Assembly (NCBI GenBank): GCA_964409485.1
Contig: CAYPDM010000001.1
Coordinates: forward strand, 1,175 to 65,174
Direction of reading: 5' to 3'
Length of the DNA stretch: 64,000 bases
Origin: an uncultured Dehalococcoidaceae bacterium
GTDB lineage: Bacteria > Chloroflexota > Dehalococcoidia > Dehalococcoidales > RBG-16-60-22
Of the stretch, positions 61,233 through 64,000 are shown piece by piece (within the stretch, counting starts at the first letter, position 1; every line of letters starts with the position of its first letter). The position numbers and the translations under genes were made by a program. The notes beneath the pieces were generated by a model. The model was not told where the DNA came from and did no database searches. It saw only the letters and a list, made by a program, of their open reading frames with translations.

Positions 61233-62876
61233 ATGAAGAAGTTCCTTATCATCTTGGTGGTGCTTATAGCTAGTGTCTCAATGCTTATCGGTTGCGCCGA
61301 ACCGACACCTGCTCCAACGCCAACACCGACACCAACTCCTACACCAGCACCAGCGCCTGAACCAGAACCGACACCGGCACCAGAACCGGCACCAGAACCT
61401 GAACCAGAACCTGTACCAACTCCAGACGAAACTTCCAAGTACGGCGGAACCCTGAAAATCATGCTCATCGCCGGTCCGCAGACCCCCGGCGGCTGGCCGG
61501 TAGAAATATTCGGCCCCGATGCAACCTCCTATCAGTTCTGTATGGAACCACTTCTTCGAGGGGATAGCAAGGGGGGTGTATCACCCTGGCTGGCAGAATC
61601 TTATGAAGTCGCCGAGGACCTGACATCTATCACCTTCAAGCTGCGGAAAGGTGTAAAATTTCATGACGGGACTGATTTCGACGCTGAAGCTGCTAAGTGG
61701 AACCTGGACAACCATATTACCGCGAAGTCATCTTATTCAATGTATTGGGCTTCAGTAGATATCATCGATGACTATGCCATTAAAGTCAACTTTACTATGT
61801 GGACAAATACTAATGTAAACACATTTGCTGGACCCGGCGCCTGGATGGTCTCGCCTGCAGCTTTTGAGAAGAATGGTGTTGACTGGATGAGAGATAACCC
61901 GGTGGGAACCGGCCCGTTTAAATTCGTCAGCTTTCAACGTGATGTTGGTTATAAAGTCGCTAAGAACCCGGATTATTGGATAGAAGGCAAGCCTTATCTG
62001 GACGGCATAGAAATCATGTATGTAGCTGACCCGATGACACAGAAAGCTGCCATGCAAGCCGGAGAGGCAGACATGCTGGAACTTGAGCCTGGCAAGATGG
62101 CAAAGGACCTGCAAGAGCTGGGACTCAAGGTAGGTTTTCAGATTATCACCGTTTACTGCTTCCTGCCTGATTCAGCTCATCCAGAGTCTCCTTACGCTAA
62201 CCAGAAAGTTCGTGAGGCGGTAGAGTACGCCCTTGACCGTGAATCTATGGCTAATAACTTCAGTTATGGTTATTGGGAAGCCCCTTACCAGATACCACCG
62301 TCTTCAAATGCTGCCTATAATCCCGACTTCGCACTCGCTCGCAAATACAACCCTGAAAAGGCGAAGCAGCTTTTAATCGAGGCAGGATATCCGGATGGAT
62401 TCACGACAACTATTCTCGTGAACCCCGCAATAATAGAGCGCAATATTGCCGTGGCCCTGCAGAGTAATCTTGCGGATATAGGAATCACCGCAGAATTGTC
62501 TTTCCCTGCTAACATGGGTGCATTTATCGTTGATTCAAATTCCCTGAACAACGTGTTAGTTATCCAGCCTATCATGTCAAGCCCGAACTTCAATAGTACT
62601 TGGATGTTTTTCATGGGCCCACAATTTATGTGGAACAAAAACTTCCTGCCATCACCTGAATTTTTAGAGTTGAGGGAAGCGAGTCTGGTTTCACCTACCA
62701 TGGACGTCGATCTGATACGGGCTACTGTCGAACAGCTTTCGAAAGAGGCGGCGGCTATCCCCATCATGCAAGCAGGAATGGGCTGGGTTATGCAACCTTA
62801 TGTCATGGATGGCGGCTTTTTTGAGGGAAGCAGTAGTTCTATGTTTAATTCCGAAGATGTGTGGCTTAAAAAGTAA
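61233..62876 (+). CDS. ABC transporter family-5 solute-binding lipoprotein, copy 2
   Basis: 547 aa. Lipobox SMLIGC, a Pro/Thr/Ala/Glu linker, KYGGTLK, and LRKGVKFHDGTDFDAEAAKWNLDN. Long identical runs shared with copy 1. Confidence 0.85.
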   Translation: MKKFLIILVVLIASVSMLIGCAEPTPAPTPTPTPTPTPAPAPEPEPTPAPEPAPEPEPEPVPTPDETSKYGGTLKIMLIAGPQTPGGWPVEIFGPDATSYQFCMEPLLRGDSKGGVSPWLAESYEVAEDLTSITFKLRKGVKFHDGTDFDAEAAKWNLDNHITAKSSYSMYWASVDIIDDYAIKVNFTMWTNTNVNTFAGPGAWMVSPAAFEKNGVDWMRDNPVGTGPFKFVSFQRDVGYKVAKNPDYWIEGKPYLDGIEIMYVADPMTQKAAMQAGEADMLELEPGKMAKDLQELGLKVGFQIITVYCFLPDSAHPESPYANQKVREAVEYALDRESMANNFSYGYWEAPYQIPPSSNAAYNPDFALARKYNPEKAKQLLIEAGYPDGFTTTILVNPAIIERNIAVALQSNLADIGITAELSFPANMGAFIVDSNSLNNVLVIQPIMSSPNFNSTWMFFMGPQFMWNKNFLPSPEFLELREASLVSPTMDVDLIRATVEQLSKEAAAIPIMQAGMGWVMQPYVMDGGFFEGSSSSMFNSEDVWLKK

Positions 62877-62964
62877 CGTGGTCTTTTGTCACTAGCCGAG
62901 AGAGAAAATCTAAAGGTTTTCCGACTGGGACAAGGATAGCCATCTTTAGAGGGATTAGTTTACC

Positions 62965-62992
62965 GGGGAGGGAGGCCTCCTTCTCCCTCCCC
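62965..62992 (+). terminator. putative intrinsic terminator after SBP copy 2
   Basis: GGGGAGGGAG (62965-74), an 8-nt loop, then CTCCCTCCCC (62983-92) form a perfect 10-bp GC-rich stem followed by GAAGTTTATT. A TTGACA at 63001-06 follows immediately. Confidence 0.6.
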
Positions 62993-63134
62993 GAAGTTTA
63001 TTGACAATGTCCTTTATGGAGCAATAATAATAATATCGGTTTTAGAATCAGGTTGTATTGTACTTCATAGTTACTGCCGAATTTATCATCATATAAGCGA
63101 CGTGGCTATGAAGTCGCACTATTCATGGATAGGA

Positions 63135-64000
63135 GGAAATTAACATGGAGTTCACAAAATCGGAGGCAAAGCAATGGGCCAAGGAGAACTTGAAAGGGTT
63201 AGAGGCAGTTATTTTCCCATCTTTTTCCCCTGATTTACAAGAACTAGACGAGGAAGGCATTAGATATGACGTTCAACATCTCTTAGAAAATGGCTTTGTC
63301 TCCATACTTTGTGCGCCTGAAGCCTGCGGAATGACCTTTGAAGAACGTAAAAAATTCGTAGAGATAGTATGTGACGAGGCTAAGGGTAAAATACATACCT
63401 CCGTTGCCGTATTGCAGGACACTGTTGAGCAGGACATAGAGATGCTCCAACATTACGAAAAAGCGGGTGGCTTGATCGCAATGCTCGGTCATCCCGTCCA
63501 GTATTACCCCAGGTCGGTAGAGGACATATACCGAATGTATAAGTATATGTGTGATTCTACTAACCTGGCCATAGTATTTTATCCCGGAAGGCTTCATACG
63601 AGGAAGTTTCACCCAAGTTACTGGCCAATGCCACTCCTTCCCCGGATAGCTGATATACCGAATGTAGTAGCCATGAAGATTGGAGGAGGTAGCTCCCTTG
63701 CCTTTACTGCTCAGAGCTTCCATCTTGTTGGAAATGAAATATTAGTTAACGATCCTTTACCCGACAGATGGCCCATAACAGTACCTAAGTGCGGTCAGCA
63801 ATGGGCAGGTGCTGGTCCTTTTACTCTGTATCAAACTCCTGAAAAACCGCGTATGGTAATGATGTTTGACCTGCTCCTGAATGGCGAAATTGACAAAGCA
63901 ATGGATATTTATTGGGAGCTTTCCCCTATTATCGAAATCGCCGGATCAGTACTAGCCCAGGTCTCCTATTTTGATACGGGGATAGTTACTGCGCTTGTCG
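63135..64000 (+). CDS. DapA/NAL-family aldolase-like protein, copy 3 (partial, runs off window end)
   Basis: Absent from the ORF track because no stop lies inside the window. ATG 63135 follows AGGAGGAAA. My translation MEFTKSEAKQWAKENLKGLEAVIFPSFSPDLQELDEEGIRYDV...APEACGMTFEERKKFVEIVCDEAKGKIHTSV...IPNVVAMKIGG is very close to copy 1. Confidence 0.75.

Noticed and set aside
63283-63723. 146-aa minus-strand ORF near the window end
   Set aside because: It lies antisense to the third aldolase-like gene (63135 onward), which is strongly supported by near-identity to copy 1.
1-64000. Scan for CRISPR arrays, tRNA or rRNA genes and recognisable defence-system genes
   Set aside because: I saw no regularly spaced direct repeats, no cloverleaf-like sequence near the recombinase and no rRNA-like stretch. 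This scan was by eye, so a tRNA or small RNA could have been missed.

Overview
This is a 64-kb bacterial window from a strict anaerobe, and it falls into two parts. Bases 1 to about 30.2 kb are compact, GC-rich and look like core genome. They hold a contiguous plus-strand Wood-Ljungdahl carbonyl-branch cluster (acsD, cooS/acsA, acsB, acsC, acsE). That cluster runs directly into a NuoE/NuoF-type flavoprotein pair and a molybdopterin formate dehydrogenase whose ORF is split in the track by an in-frame TGA; I read that TGA as selenocysteine, and a SECIS-like hairpin follows it. Downstream come a trxB-like gene, an SMP-30-like gene, a UPF0182 membrane protein, a cupin, an aldehyde:ferredoxin oxidoreductase (AOR), a second NuoE/NuoF/short Fe-S module with no catalytic subunit, a NarL-type two-component pair, an HDAC-family gene and queA. 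At 30.3-33.3 kb a large serine recombinase and a 5'-truncated IS3-family transposase remnant mark a junction. From 33.5 kb to the window end lies an accessory catabolic region with long AT-rich intergenic spacers. It encodes a TRAP transporter, two ABC permeases, a second AOR, two family III CoA-transferases, a double hot-dog hydratase, a MarR-family regulator, a glycyl radical enzyme (GRE) with its activase, an amidohydrolase-fold protein, two paralogous ~595-aa proteins I cannot assign, a type-B carboxylesterase and a UROD-fold protein. It ends in a tandem array of DapA/NAL-family aldolase-like genes alternating with family-5 lipoprotein solute-binding proteins. The observations most worth follow-up are these: (i) the same promoter-operator cassette (TTGACA-N17-TATCAT-N18-GTACGTATACGTAT, a palindromic operator) heads three places in this region and ties it into one putative MarR regulon; (ii) the GRE fingerprint reads RVASY, so the radical-site glycine codon is AGC (Ser), although the activase looks intact; (iii) the gene content suggests a GRE -> aldehyde -> AOR -> CoA-transferase -> hydratase route with no microcompartment genes; (iv) the two unassigned 595-aa paralogues, one of which carries a 102-bp in-frame tandem duplication. 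I recognised no rRNA, tRNA or CRISPR array. All family calls come from reading motifs by eye, with no database search.
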